From contig JASVEC010000176.1 of NCBI GenBank assembly GCA_030770535.1, positions 1 through 36,173 of the forward strand: a stretch of 36,173 bases of DNA, given 5' to 3'. The notes under the pieces are model-generated. The model saw nothing but the letters and a program-made list of their open reading frames with translations. It had not been told where the DNA came from and did no database searches. The translations under genes and the position numbers were made by a program. This DNA comes from Batkoa obscura (lineage: Eukaryota). Position 1 is the stretch's first letter. Each line of letters opens with the position of its first letter. Positions 25,228-36,173 of the stretch are shown piece by piece.

Positions 25228-25330
25228 TATGGGGCTGTCTTTTTTAGTTTCATTATTTTTCCATTTTTTAAGCACTATTTGAGTGGAAAGGTTGTAGTAA
25301 AATTCTTAAACACAAAAATACATCCCCATA
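25228..25330 (-). mobile_element. ~103-bp MITE copy (close to consensus)
   Basis: TA-tggggctgtcttttt...aaaaatacatcccca-TA. Confidence 0.87.
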
Positions 25331-25422
25331 TGATGTCAATTAAATTAAATTTAAGATTTGGAATTTTTGTTTTTTTGAAACAAATATAAATAGTTTATAC
25401 ATATTAAATATTAAATATTAAA

Positions 25423-25508
25423 TATAGGAATGTGTTTTTTTATTTTTAAATGCTATTTAAGTGGAAAAATTGTTAATAAGATTAGTGAATTAAAAAAGTA
25501 TGTTCCTA
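25423..25508 (-). mobile_element. Internally deleted, degenerate MITE copy abutting solo-LTR copy 3
   Basis: tataggaatgtgttttt...tgctatttaagtggaaaaattgttaataa...aaaaagtatgttccta. Confidence 0.6.
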
Positions 25509-25971
25509 TATGAAATATCGCTTTTTCAACTTCATGGTTGAGTATAGTATAATAATCACTTAAGTTGTTGTGCTCTCGAGTTCAGAGACAATCAATCCCA
25601 TGCTCTTATTTTGATTTGCTATGAGAACTTATGTCATATGATTCCGAAGGATATTGTCTTTCCGCTTTGATATCCATACTTGTCAGAGTATAAAAGAGTT
25701 TTCAGAGTATAGTAGCTCAAGGCTTTCTAACTGAATTATTCCTTGATATCTCGAACATTTAATAAAGCTAAATTTTCTTAATAATATTTTACGTAGATTT
25801 TACATTAGTATTATCTATTCTATTTATCTTACATAGTCTATAGCATATTACGTGATATTCTTCATAATTCAAGTCTATTTTAGTCACATAAACTAAGACC
25901 TTTCAACTTACAGTATAGTCAATTAGGCAACAGCTGTTATTGACTCCAATCACTGAGTACCAGATTTCATA
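25509..25971 (+). mobile_element. Solo-LTR-like element, copy 3 (463 bp, diverged), 4-bp TSD CCTA
   Basis: Colinear with copy 1 end to end. Termini TATGAAAT/ATTTCATA; CCTA at 25505-25508 and 25972-25975; TATAAAA at 25689 and AATAAA at 25761. Confidence 0.78.
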
Positions 25972-26206
25972 CCTAATACTTTAATTTGCCTTAAAAAGTT
26001 GTATTAACTTAAACATAAATAAGTTGTTGAGTAAGTATTATAAAGTATTAAAAAAGCAGATTTATAAAAGCAAAGCTTTTACTATAAAAATATTATTAGT
26101 TTATTAAAAAAAATACAATGAGACAGATTATAATAAAAAAGCCTTATTTTTTAGCTTTCTTTAATATTAATAAAAAAATTGTATATTTTTGCTTGTATTA
26201 TTATTA

Positions 26207-26311
26207 TATGGGGATGTATTTTTATGTTTAAGAATTTTACCAACAAACTTTCCACTTAAATAGTGCTTAAAAAATGGAAAAAATAACACAGTCAAAAAAA
26301 ACACTCCCATA
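26207..26311 (+). mobile_element. ~103-bp MITE copy
   Basis: TA-tggggatgtattttt...aaaaaacactccca-TA. Confidence 0.86.
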
Positions 26312-26813
26312 TGGTATATTGGTTCTATTAAAACTTGATCTCCACATTGCTCCAGTCAACTACAGTTCCTTATTTTAAATATTTTTTGCTCAGATTTTTA
26401 CTTTTGTATCTTAGATATTTTTAATTTTTGGTGGCCTTACTTCAGCTCTATCAAGAACTATTAAAAGATTACTGCTTAAACCACTTTCCAAGTTGTTTGA
26501 TTACAGCTCTTTCAAGGATATTGGCTTTATGAAAGTTATACGTCAGCTCTTTTTTTAAAACTTCAATTATTGTTGAAAATGTAAATAGTCATGATTAAGT
26601 TTTACTTGCTTTATGAAAAATTGGAAGTACCTATTATTTTCTACAATTCAATTTATAAATCAGAAAGTTCAAATATTAATTTTCAATTCAAAAATATTAG
26701 TTTTATAAAAACTCGATAGTTTAATTCATTACAAAATTATACAAAACCACTTCAATGTGTTAGACAAAAATTTTCTTAATTCGAGATTGAATTAAACTAA
26801 TACTTTAGATTCA

Positions 26814-29800
26814 TTAGTTAGATGCTTGTATGACATATTTAAGACGGGGGAGGTTAACTTGAGGTGGACAGAATTTTTCAACCTCTACATTCTTTCCAGA
26901 AAAGTGAGCTCTAAAATCAATGGGTATACGGAAGGGTAATGTTTCTAAAAATAATGTATCATTCTTTTCCGATATTGCTGCTCTCCTAGCTACCTCTTTA
27001 ACAATTTCGATTGGAATTGGATTCTCAAACTCAGTCAAATAATAAATTGAAATTAATTTCTTAATTTGGCCTGTATTTAACAGGTGGCATACCTCATACA
27101 AGATGTCCAAATCTTGTAATGAATTCTTTTGAAGCTGTAAGAGTTTAGCGGCTTGCATTAACTGCTCTAGATTCGTTGCTTCTTGCTCAATTCCCTTTCC
27201 AGTACACCATTCTTCAATTCTTGTTACATTGTATTGGATTTGCATTCCTCTTTTCCAAGAGCAGAAATTTTTCCTAAAAAATTTATCAATAGCTGTTGTT
27301 TTATCAAATAATAAAATTTTACCTCATAATAATATGATTGAAAGACAAAACTCCTATAAAGTTTAACAAATGCTCCAAGATATGTTCAGTGACTATTTTA
27401 TCAACAAAATAATAGTTCAAGGTATTGGTTAAGATAGAGAAAAAATTAATGGCATGATCAATAGTGATAGAGCTCTGCGTTTGGCCAATAAGCTTATTAA
27501 AGAATCCAGTTTCATTTGATACAAAACCAGGTAATGATTGATTTTCCACAACCGCAGGTATTGTAATTTTACCCAATCGTTTTTGAAGCTCTTTGAGCCA
27601 AACAGCTGTAATTTCAGAAAGTAGAAGATTTAAGCCTTTGACAGCATCCCCAATCACTTGCTGTGGATCCAATCGATCTTCGTTATCCATGGCTTCTGAC
27701 TCTGAGCTGACTTCCATATCATTACTAGCAGTAAGTAAAATGGTGAGCAATTCTGACATGTTTGAAAACCAAAAGGCAAATATAAAATCACCATCTCCTT
27801 TTTCTATTATGCCTCGAATTGAAAACATTACATCAGAAACTAAACCGCTGATTTGATTTGTCAAATCATACTTATACATTTGTATAATACACATTCCTAT
27901 CATATGAGCAGGGAATAATATTTCTTGAGAACTACGTGGATTTTCAAAGTTTGGAAGTGGGATATTTAATTTGTCAATAAGTCCTGAAACGATTTCTTCA
28001 ACAAGTGTTTCACTTTCAAGAACTGTTTGTAATGTTTCCCCATTCTCTGGCTTAATATCAATATGCTCTTGTGGTGGTGTGAAAAAGGAAGTGAGAGGGT
28101 TCCAAGAATTTCTATTAGCCCTTAAATCAATTGACCTTACAGATGAACGATTCAATCTCTTTTTCATACTATTTGGTGACAAAAGAGGCTCAGGAACTTG
28201 ACCTTGACCACTTCCAAATCCTAAGGTCTCTGATCTTCGATGATTAGTCATATTATAATAGTCTCCAGTACCTTCAATCATTGTAACTGTGCTACTCTTA
28301 CTGCTAAGTGTAGCATTTGTAGGCATCTCTCTAATTTGGCGGGCTCTACGGGTTTCTTCGAGTACATCTTTAAGTTCACTGATTTCCATCTTAAGTTTTA
28401 AAACCTCTTCTGAATCTCCGTTAACTATAGGGGTTGATTTCAACTCTTCTATTGAAGCTTGGTTTTGTTCTAAAACTGTATTTAATTCCTTAATTTTATT
28501 TTCTTTCTCTTCAAGTTCTTTTTGGGCCGCTTGTTGTTCCTGTTGGAGTCTTAAGTTTTCTTGCTTCATAAGCGCTAATTCTTCATCCTTTTTAATAAGC
28601 ATGTCACTCTTAGTTATCAACTCTTGATTGCTTTCAATGATCTTTTGATATTTACTCTTCCAAGAATCAATTTCATCTTCTAAAATATTGGCTTTATTTG
28701 TCATTTCTTTCAAGTCTGAATCTTTGGCTGTAAGTTGTTGACTTATACTTATGATCTTATTTTCTAATTTAGACGATGTATCTTTAAGATGCTTGACTGA
28801 TTTAGCCTCAACTTTAAGTACCCTAAGCTCTTTTTTTGCCAAAACACGTCTGTAGCATGATTGGATAAGTATAATAAGTTGGATCTGTCTCTTGTACTTA
28901 GTACGCGAAATACTAAATATTGGTTAAATTATTAATAATTTAGGATGGAAAAAATCTTACTATCGCTTACAAAGAGCTTGAATTTTAGAAGCCATTGTGT
29001 TTTCTCTAAACGCTTTGTAACTAACTCTTGAAATATGACCACGGATACCTAAATAATGAGCATAGTTCGCTATAACAATACAAAAACTTACGGCTCTGAA
29101 GTAAGATAACAGAGGATCGACGAGCTTGATATTGCTTCTTTGCAAGGTAGGCACGAGAAAGGGTTTGAATGGATTTAATAGCTTGAGATTTCTGGAATAA
29201 AATTTTAAGCTTATTGGCTACTTTATAAACATTGATTGCTTTGCTGACAATTGAAGAGAACCTCAATCTTAAATAGTGCGTACGGCAAAGCATTCTTCGA
29301 ACATTTTTTTGAATGAATATAGCACAGTTATTGATCTTGTCATTTCTCATTTTTTCGAGGTAAGCAAGCTAATAAAAATGTCAGCTAATTTAAAGATAAT
29401 GGTTTTTAAATTACTTGTCCAGCTCTAAAGAAAACTTTAGTTGCACCAATTTGGAACTTGTCTGGGTCAACAAGGAAATCTTCTAAAATCAATTTACATG
29501 TTTTCATCACATCATCATTCCATTTACGATATGGCAATATTATATAATATCTTCAAAAATTAACATTGATTTCAATTTTATGCTAACAGATTACCTTTGA
29601 ACAAATTCTTCAATAGCTCTTCTAGAAGGGTAGCCGCTACATGAGATTCTAATGGTTTCTAGGACACCACAAGCTCTAAGTTGAGAAAGTACCATTTTAT
29701 TATCAAATAACCAAGGCTCTTTTGCTTCATTCGGTTTGATACAACGAATATAATGGACATTTGTTTTACTAATTGTTTCCATTAAACTATTCAAAGAAAG

Positions 29801-32121
29801 CTAAAAATCACTTAAACTTGATTAAAATTAACGAAAATATATTATTTACTTTAAATACAGAACCAAGGGTTTGTTTTTTAGAAGCTGCCTGTCTAGACCC
29901 TGTTGGTTTCCCGATAGTTTTCTAAACAAAGGTTAATTATTAGCATATCAATGAGATGCTAAACTTACTGGCTCAGGAATTGGTGAAGTAGTGTCAGGAA
30001 GGATATCCTTAATAAACTCACTCTTTGAATTTTGGAAAACGGCCAAAATTTCGTCTGGCACTGTGTCTCGATTCTTTTCTAAGAAACCTTCTGATTCATA
30101 AGTTACATCATGAGCATAATGAGAAATGGTAAAAGCAGTAGTTCCAAATCGAGGTTTACTAAAGTATTTTTCATTTGCTGGGATAGCTAAATTCTCATAA
30201 AGCTTTCCAACAAAGCCTTCATCAGACCCAGATGGAAGTCGACTCTGTTCATCCAACAAAGAAAGCACACCAAGTTTGCTTTCTATTATTTCAATACAAG
30301 GCTTATTATCACTGAATTCAATAAAAGTCCAATTGATTTGTTCTTTTACATATTCTTCTTGTTCAAGTTTAAACACATGTTGATTGAATTGTTGTTGTAA
30401 TTTTTCATTAGCATAATTAATACAAAACTGTTCAAAGGAGTTCTTTTGAAAGTGCTCAAAACCATAAATATCTAAAACTCCAATAAAAGAACGGATTTGA
30501 GACTCATCTGTGTGACTAAGTTTTTCATTAGTGCGTTTAATAAGCCAATCAAAAAGATTGGAATAAAGGAATTTTGCTGTTGAATCCCTTACAACTGTGG
30601 ATTGAGATAGAGATAAGTTGGAAATAATTTTATCGTTCCTTGTAATAATTTGTTTTTTCATTAACCACTTACGGAACTCAGCTTTCGCTATCTGTAACAA
30701 ATCACACACTATATTTAATGCTGAGTCGCTATCTGATATATTGGCTCCACTTTTATCACTTCCTCCAATCACAATGTTACCCATATGTAATAAAGCTGCA
30801 CAAAGTTGATAAATTTCCCATTGGCTATTTTCATCGATTCCTACAACACCTAATGCTTCGCTGGTAATTTTAAACTCTTCTTTGTCATCCACTCCATTGA
30901 TGGTAAATTGACCACCTTGTTTTAAGTAATGGTAATCTTCTGCATTGGTTAAATGGAATTGTTCTTTTTTATCCGCTGGCGCTCCTGAGCAAAGCTAAAA
31001 ATAAATAATTTGATATAAAATAAATGAAATGAATTACCTGATAAAAAATATGATAATTTCTTTCTGTTTCTGGTTGAAATATCAACCTTGATCTTTCTAA
31101 AAGATAAGTTCTTATCTTTGCACCTCTAATGTTGATATCTTTATCGAATTGAATCTGTAATAAAAAGAATAAACTTGTGATATAATAAAATAAGTGAATA
31201 AAATTACTTCAATGTATTTACCAAATCGAGATGAATTATCGTTTCTGGTTGTTTTAGCGTTACCAAAAGATTCTAAAATAGGATTGGTAGCTAATATCTG
31301 TCTTTCAGTTTCACTCATCCCAGAGTCGCCTAATCAAATGTCAATTTATTTTTATTTTGGTTTCAACTTTCATTACCTGACTTGACTGAATTAACATCCA
31401 AATTAACTGAAGCAAAATACCTCATAATAAATTTGGCACTAACTGTTTTACCTGCTCCGCTATAAAAATAATCCGCTTTTAAAACTTAGTTAAATGAAAA
31501 AAGCAAATAAATTACGATTCTCCAGAAACAATTACGGTTTGGTTGACACTGTCTTTAATCATACAACGATAAGCATCTTCGGCAATAGCAAACAGATGGG
31601 GCTCCATGTCACCCCTGTCTTTTCCAGAATAAGCTCTAATAACCTCTGGAGAATAAAGATTGACCTTTTGAAACGGATTGGTGGCAATCAAAACAATACC
31701 GGAATAGGTATAAATGTTATTTTGAGCATAACGAACACCAATGTTATGCAAAACTTTAAAAATAAGTTGAATGTTATATTTAATAGAATCTTTTTACCAG
31801 CTGGTTCGTGTAGATAACTTAAATTGGTTAAATCATCAATTCCCTCTAAAAGTGGTGGATTTTTTAAATGCGGAAGATCCTCTTTTCCTATCCTCACTTG
31901 GCGCGAAATAGCCTCTCCTTCCTCATCTACCAAAGTAAAAGTTGCTACGTCATTCTCTACTACTTTACTTTCAATGGTTGCTGCCTTCCAGCCTATCTCT
32001 TTATCCTCTAACCAAACTTTGGTATCCTAAATGAAATGAAATTGTAAATTTAAAATTTTATTCAATCCTGTTTTTTACTCACTTTAACGTAGACATCCAA
32101 AGATACGGAATTATTAGACAT
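26814..32121 (-). CDS. MYO2: Class V myosin (motor, IQ lever arm, coiled coil, DIL cargo domain), multi-exon
   Basis: [24 protein letters not shown]-loop [50 protein letters not shown] motifs, coiled coil and the DIL motif [20 protein letters not shown]...[12 protein letters not shown] is at 32121. Confidence 0.96.
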
Positions 32122-32352
32122 ATAAAAAACCTAAATAATATGATAGATTGATTAGGTATAAAGTTAAACTCCATCAAGTATCATACCTCTATTTTAAAAA
32201 ACCAACTTTAATTTTTAATTTACAATGTTAATAAAATCTCTTGTTGAGAGTACTATTAGTTTTTAGAATTAAAGCTTGTTCACTATATATATTTTTAAAA
32301 AAATAGATGACAATTAGAATTTATTTCTACAAATTAATTGGAACATTGAGAT

Positions 32353-32395
32353 TGAGTTGCCAATTTAAGACTTAAACCAATCAATTGGCAACTCA
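32353..32395. promoter_or_regulatory. Perfect 13-bp inverted repeat containing CCAAT and GTTGCC/GGCAAC half-sites, about 230 bp upstream of the MYO2 ATG
   Basis: tgagttgccaatt-(17 nt)-aattggcaactca, with further CCAAT/ATTGG motifs nearby. A regulatory role is inferred from position only. Confidence 0.4.
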
Positions 32396-33167
32396 CTGTT
32401 CGTTAGTTTCTTAGATTGCAAACGTTGATTGGTTTATGAAGCCAATCTTTCATTTCTCAAAGTTGGTTTTTAATTTATAGTAGAACTTGGTTCATTCTTT
32501 TCATTTATTTATTCCGATTTCTCCATGTTTTTGTCCCTTCTAGAAGAAATTATAGTGACTTGATTGGCTAAATAAAAAGTTTATTTTCACCTATTCTTTT
32601 GTAAAAACTAATACTGTAAAAATAAACAGAAGTTTATTAATAGTATCTATTATTAAGAATAATATTTTAAGTATAACTTTTGTCATTATTGTTGTATGTC
32701 AAAAGTAAAAGGACTCACAATAAATTAAATAATTTTGAATAGTGCTTGATAAAAAGACTTTTTACTTTTTATCGGTAATAAAAATCATATTTAATTTAGT
32801 AATAACATTATTATAAGTTTAAATTAATATAGTAGGAGTAAAAAAAATTTGATATACAAGAAATTTGATAAATCATTCTTTAAATAGGATAAATTAATAT
32901 TATAAAGACGTTCTATATAAGATACTAAAAAATAAACTATATTGGGAAATTTATTTTAATTTTTTTGAAATGTTTACAAAATTGGTTAAATAAGTAAAGA
33001 TTCGGACCATATTAATGAAAGTAATTCATTTTGTTCGAATAAAAATGTGTAATATTTCAATTGCAGTCATACCAACATTAATAGTCAATATCTTAAATAT
33101 AAATAACAATCACAGATTTTGGCCATGTCTTAATTTTTATTTGGATAATAATACACTAGAATAAGCT

Positions 33168-34169
33168 TTATACAGCTCCATTTGGAGTTAGAAAAGCAGC
33201 CCCTAAACAATAAATAAATAAAATAAAAATAAGAATAAAACTATACCATTAGCATAACCATAGCCCTAGACAAAATAAACAAATGATTTTAATAAACTAA
33301 ATTGAAACTTACTTTAGGTCCAAACTCTCTTGAATAACATTGTTTACAAAATATTTCGTTATTATGCTCATTTAAGTTACTGTTTTCGATCCTTTTATTG
33401 CACTTGAAGCATCGACTACAATCTAAGTGGTATTTTTTATTGCCCACTGTTAACTAATTTTGTTTATATTATATTCTGTTTGCTCTCAAATAAATAAACC
33501 TACCATCTCATTCATGTAAACATTTTTATTGCACTTTACACATGTATCAGACTTGACAATAAACCTTTTGGCTACTGGTGATGGGTTTCTAGCAAAAATA
33601 GAAGGTTTTGGTGCTGGAATAAACTCTTCCTTCTTAAAACTTGAAACTGGGGAGCTAGGTAATACATCTTGATTTATTAGTTCTCTACTTTGTATAAAGT
33701 TGTTTGGTGTTTGAATCATAGGTGAGTTTTCAATTGAGTCAATATCATTGTTTATACTCATTGAAATATTGTTAGTATCATTGCTAGTATTGGTATCATT
33801 TATGTCATCTGTTTTGTAAACTCCTGTTGTTAAAAAGGAGCTTCCATTAGCAAACCCATAACCTAATGAATATTAAATAAATCAAATAATAAATAAGTAA
33901 GTTATTACCCTTTGGTCCGAAATTTTTAGCATAGCATGCTTTACAATAAATCTAGCAAAATAAATATCACTTTGTTTTCTATAATAGAAATAACTTACTT
34001 CTGAGTTTTTTTCGGTTAGCAGAGTTGAATCCAATTTTTTCTTACATATAAAACATTTGAAGCACTGATCATGATAAATTAAGCCTCCAGGTCCAATAAC
34101 TTGCTCCACATGGTATACGCTCTTTTTACACTTACAGCATTTGGGCGATTCTGGTACTTTAAATCCCAT
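33168..34169 (-). CDS. Cysteine/glycine-rich (CRP/CSRP-type) two-LIM-domain protein, multi-exon
   Basis: LIM1 is CCKCKKSVYHVEQ...YHDQCFKCFICKKKLDS...IYCKACYAKNFGPKGYGFA and LIM2 is CVKCNKNVYMNE...YHLDCSRCFKCNK...FCKQCYSREFGPKGYGYA. The FGPKGYG tail after each LIM is the CRP signature. Confidence 0.9.
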
Positions 34170-34530
34170 TGCTTAATAAAATTATATAAAATTAAAAACT
34201 ATTTCGTGCAATTTTCTAGTTTTTATACCTTTTAATTTTTATTATGCTAAGAGTTTATTGCTTCATTTTCCCGCTTCAATTACCAAATTTAGACAGTACC
34301 TTGGCAAAGGCTTGAATCATTTTAGCATCATTTTATGTGAAATAAATTAAATTATTTTAATTAAATCCAAATAATTTATCACTAATAAGCTATTTGAACA
34401 TAATAATTATATTTAAGAAGAGAAAATAATAGGCTTTAAGCATATTGGTCGATTAAAAAATTATTTCATCAAAATTTAAACGAATAAATTTTATTATTAA
34501 ATTAACGAAGATAAGCTGAGATCCTTAATA

Positions 34531-35282
34531 TTATTCCACGTTACATTTTACACCCCCAGTTTTTGTATTCAAAATCAATGCTACAATAAGCCCGTACAAA
34601 CCTAAAACTTCAGCGAAAATTAAAATTAAAACCATGGTTACAAATAACTTGGGTTGTTTGGAATATCCACGTACACACTAAAGTATTTAAGCAGTTATTT
34701 TTCAAAAAAAATAAATATTATTACCGCATCTCCTACAATTCCTATACAATAACCTGCTGCTAAGCCTGTGAAACCAACGGATAAACCGGAAGCTAAGTGG
34801 ACCAATCCGCTATAGAAATGTTATAATCAAAACCTAATCTAAAATAAGAAATATTTACGCATAAAGAGAATAGTCAACACTAGGACCCACTAAAATAAAA
34901 ATTTAACCAATATCACATGATACAAAAAATAACTCACTGTCTCCAGCAATTAAAACGGAAGCAACTAAACCATAAACTGCAATGATACCCGCCATCACGA
35001 CTGGGATTAAACTCTAGTTTAAAGTCATTAGTATAAATTTCTTATTTCTACTTTAATCGTCGCTTACTTTCATAATAATATCTGGCTTAAAAGTACCTAC
35101 ACCAGCAATTCCAATACCTGCTTTAGCAGTTCCATAAGCAGCTCCAACGGCTATAATTAAAGGGAAGAGGGTTAAAGGAATTAAATAATAGATGCCAATT
35201 TAAACTTACAACTCAAAACCATAGCAGCGGTAATACCTGCAAACCCAAAGAACGGGGCATAAACTGGACATAGGTTGGTCAT
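34531..35282 (-). CDS. VMA11: V-type H+-ATPase proteolipid subunit c' (multi-exon)
   Basis: [16 protein letters not shown]..., [43 protein letters not shown] and [22 protein letters not shown] with the proton-carrying Glu. GIGIAG.GTFKP and KSLIPVVM point to c' rather than c. Confidence 0.9.
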
Positions 35283-36173
35283 CGTTTTATTCTTTTTATA
35301 TGTTTTAAAATGTAGTTTGTAATTTATAAAATTCAAAAAAAATTTAAGTGATTGCTTTTTAGCCACTCAGGTGTTTACTCTGAGTTTTTCTATTTTTGAT
35401 AAAATGGCATGTTATTTGCTGTTAAAATCTACTTGATTGGCAGGTTTTGTTGCAAAATCGTAATGAGCCCTTGGAATGAAGATTAGAATATAATTTTGTA
35501 ATTTTATACCATAAAAATAATAGCGAAACAGCACGATAATATAATAAATATTTCTATTTTATTTAATTAATTTTTAACAATTGGCGAACTTTTGTATTAC
35601 GGAATAACAAATTTTTGGACGTTAACCAATAGACGATAAGCCTAATAAGAAATTATTAAAAGCTACAAACTGAATTAAAGTAGTATTACTGAAGGAGACC
35701 ACTATAGCTACTGGGATCATGACTAAAGCCATCCCCCTCAACACATAGATTATATTTTTCGTTTTTATTTACTACTGCTTTTAAGAATAGTTGATTAACC
35801 TAATTACAAAAACGTTAAAAAATATGTTAAGTACGTGATTAACTTACTTCAATATTTAACAAATGTGTAGCACCGATCAATATGGGCAAAATTGGTAGGA
35901 TCTGGCGCTATTAAGTTTGAAAACCAAGAGTCCTCCAAAAACTCTTGTAAATGAAAATTATCTAAATCTAAGTCAAATATGGGGTAACCACAAATGGCAC
36001 GCAACGAAAGACATGACTACGAAAAATGGAATTTGTATTATTGGTAATAAATATATGCTTGCTGGGGAATAATTATAACTTATAGATACTTTGGATTTTT
36101 GTTTTGTACTAAATATTTAGTACGTTAATATTTATAATACCATTCTATATAATAATAATACTCACTTCGCTCT

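Noticed and set aside
14663..25275. Small similar ORFs sharing LKKWKNNETKK (14663-14857, 25045-25275) and the ORF at 15177-15365
   Set aside because: They are chance translations of MITE copies.
26320..26560. Possible decayed coding fragment on the minus strand
   Set aside because: It has multiple stops and no recognisable motif, so a pseudogene call cannot be supported.
27593..32030. Plus-strand ORFs overlapping the myosin gene
   Set aside because: They are antisense shadows of long myosin exons with no recognisable motifs.
598..35282. Host introns derived from the MITE (a proven Introner), or U12-type introns
   Set aside because: No intron I read in this window resembles the MITE, and the junctions I examined are ordinary GT-AG.
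35680..36060. GC-richer patch with a gggat/atccc hairpin, possible snoRNA or tRNA
   Set aside because: I found no cloverleaf, A/B boxes or convincing C/D or H/ACA layout; an Infernal/Rfam scan would be needed.

Overview
This is eukaryotic, very AT-rich genomic DNA with dense 45-75 nt GT-AG introns, most consistent with an early-diverging fungus (inference). It holds ten intron-split protein genes, in order: the 3' end of a SWI3/RSC8-type subunit (+); an F-box/TPR-like/EF-hand-like gene with an apparent frameshift (+); RNA Pol II RPB3 with unusual Tyr/Asn-rich N- and C-terminal extensions (+); a Kic1/Nak1-type STE20 kinase (+); ADE16/17 (-); ARP5 (+); a highly divergent Nic96/Nup93-like gene (-); a class V myosin (-); a CRP-type two-LIM protein (-); and V-ATPase c' VMA11 (-). 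Two gene-free islands (about 11.0-16.5 kb and 23.8-26.8 kb) and the kinase/ADE gap carry two repeat families: 14 copies of a ~103-bp TA-flanked MITE that contains a 48-nt intron-like GT...TACTAAC...TAG cassette, and 3 copies of a 463-464-bp solo-LTR-like element with 4-bp TSDs, two of which form a near-identical inverted pair. The best leads are the pentapeptide-repeat tail on RPB3, the intron-shaped MITE, the inverted solo-LTR pair with a conversion-like signature, CpG decay in the repeats, and the divergent Nic96 copy. All exon boundaries and comparisons were read by eye; no searches were run.
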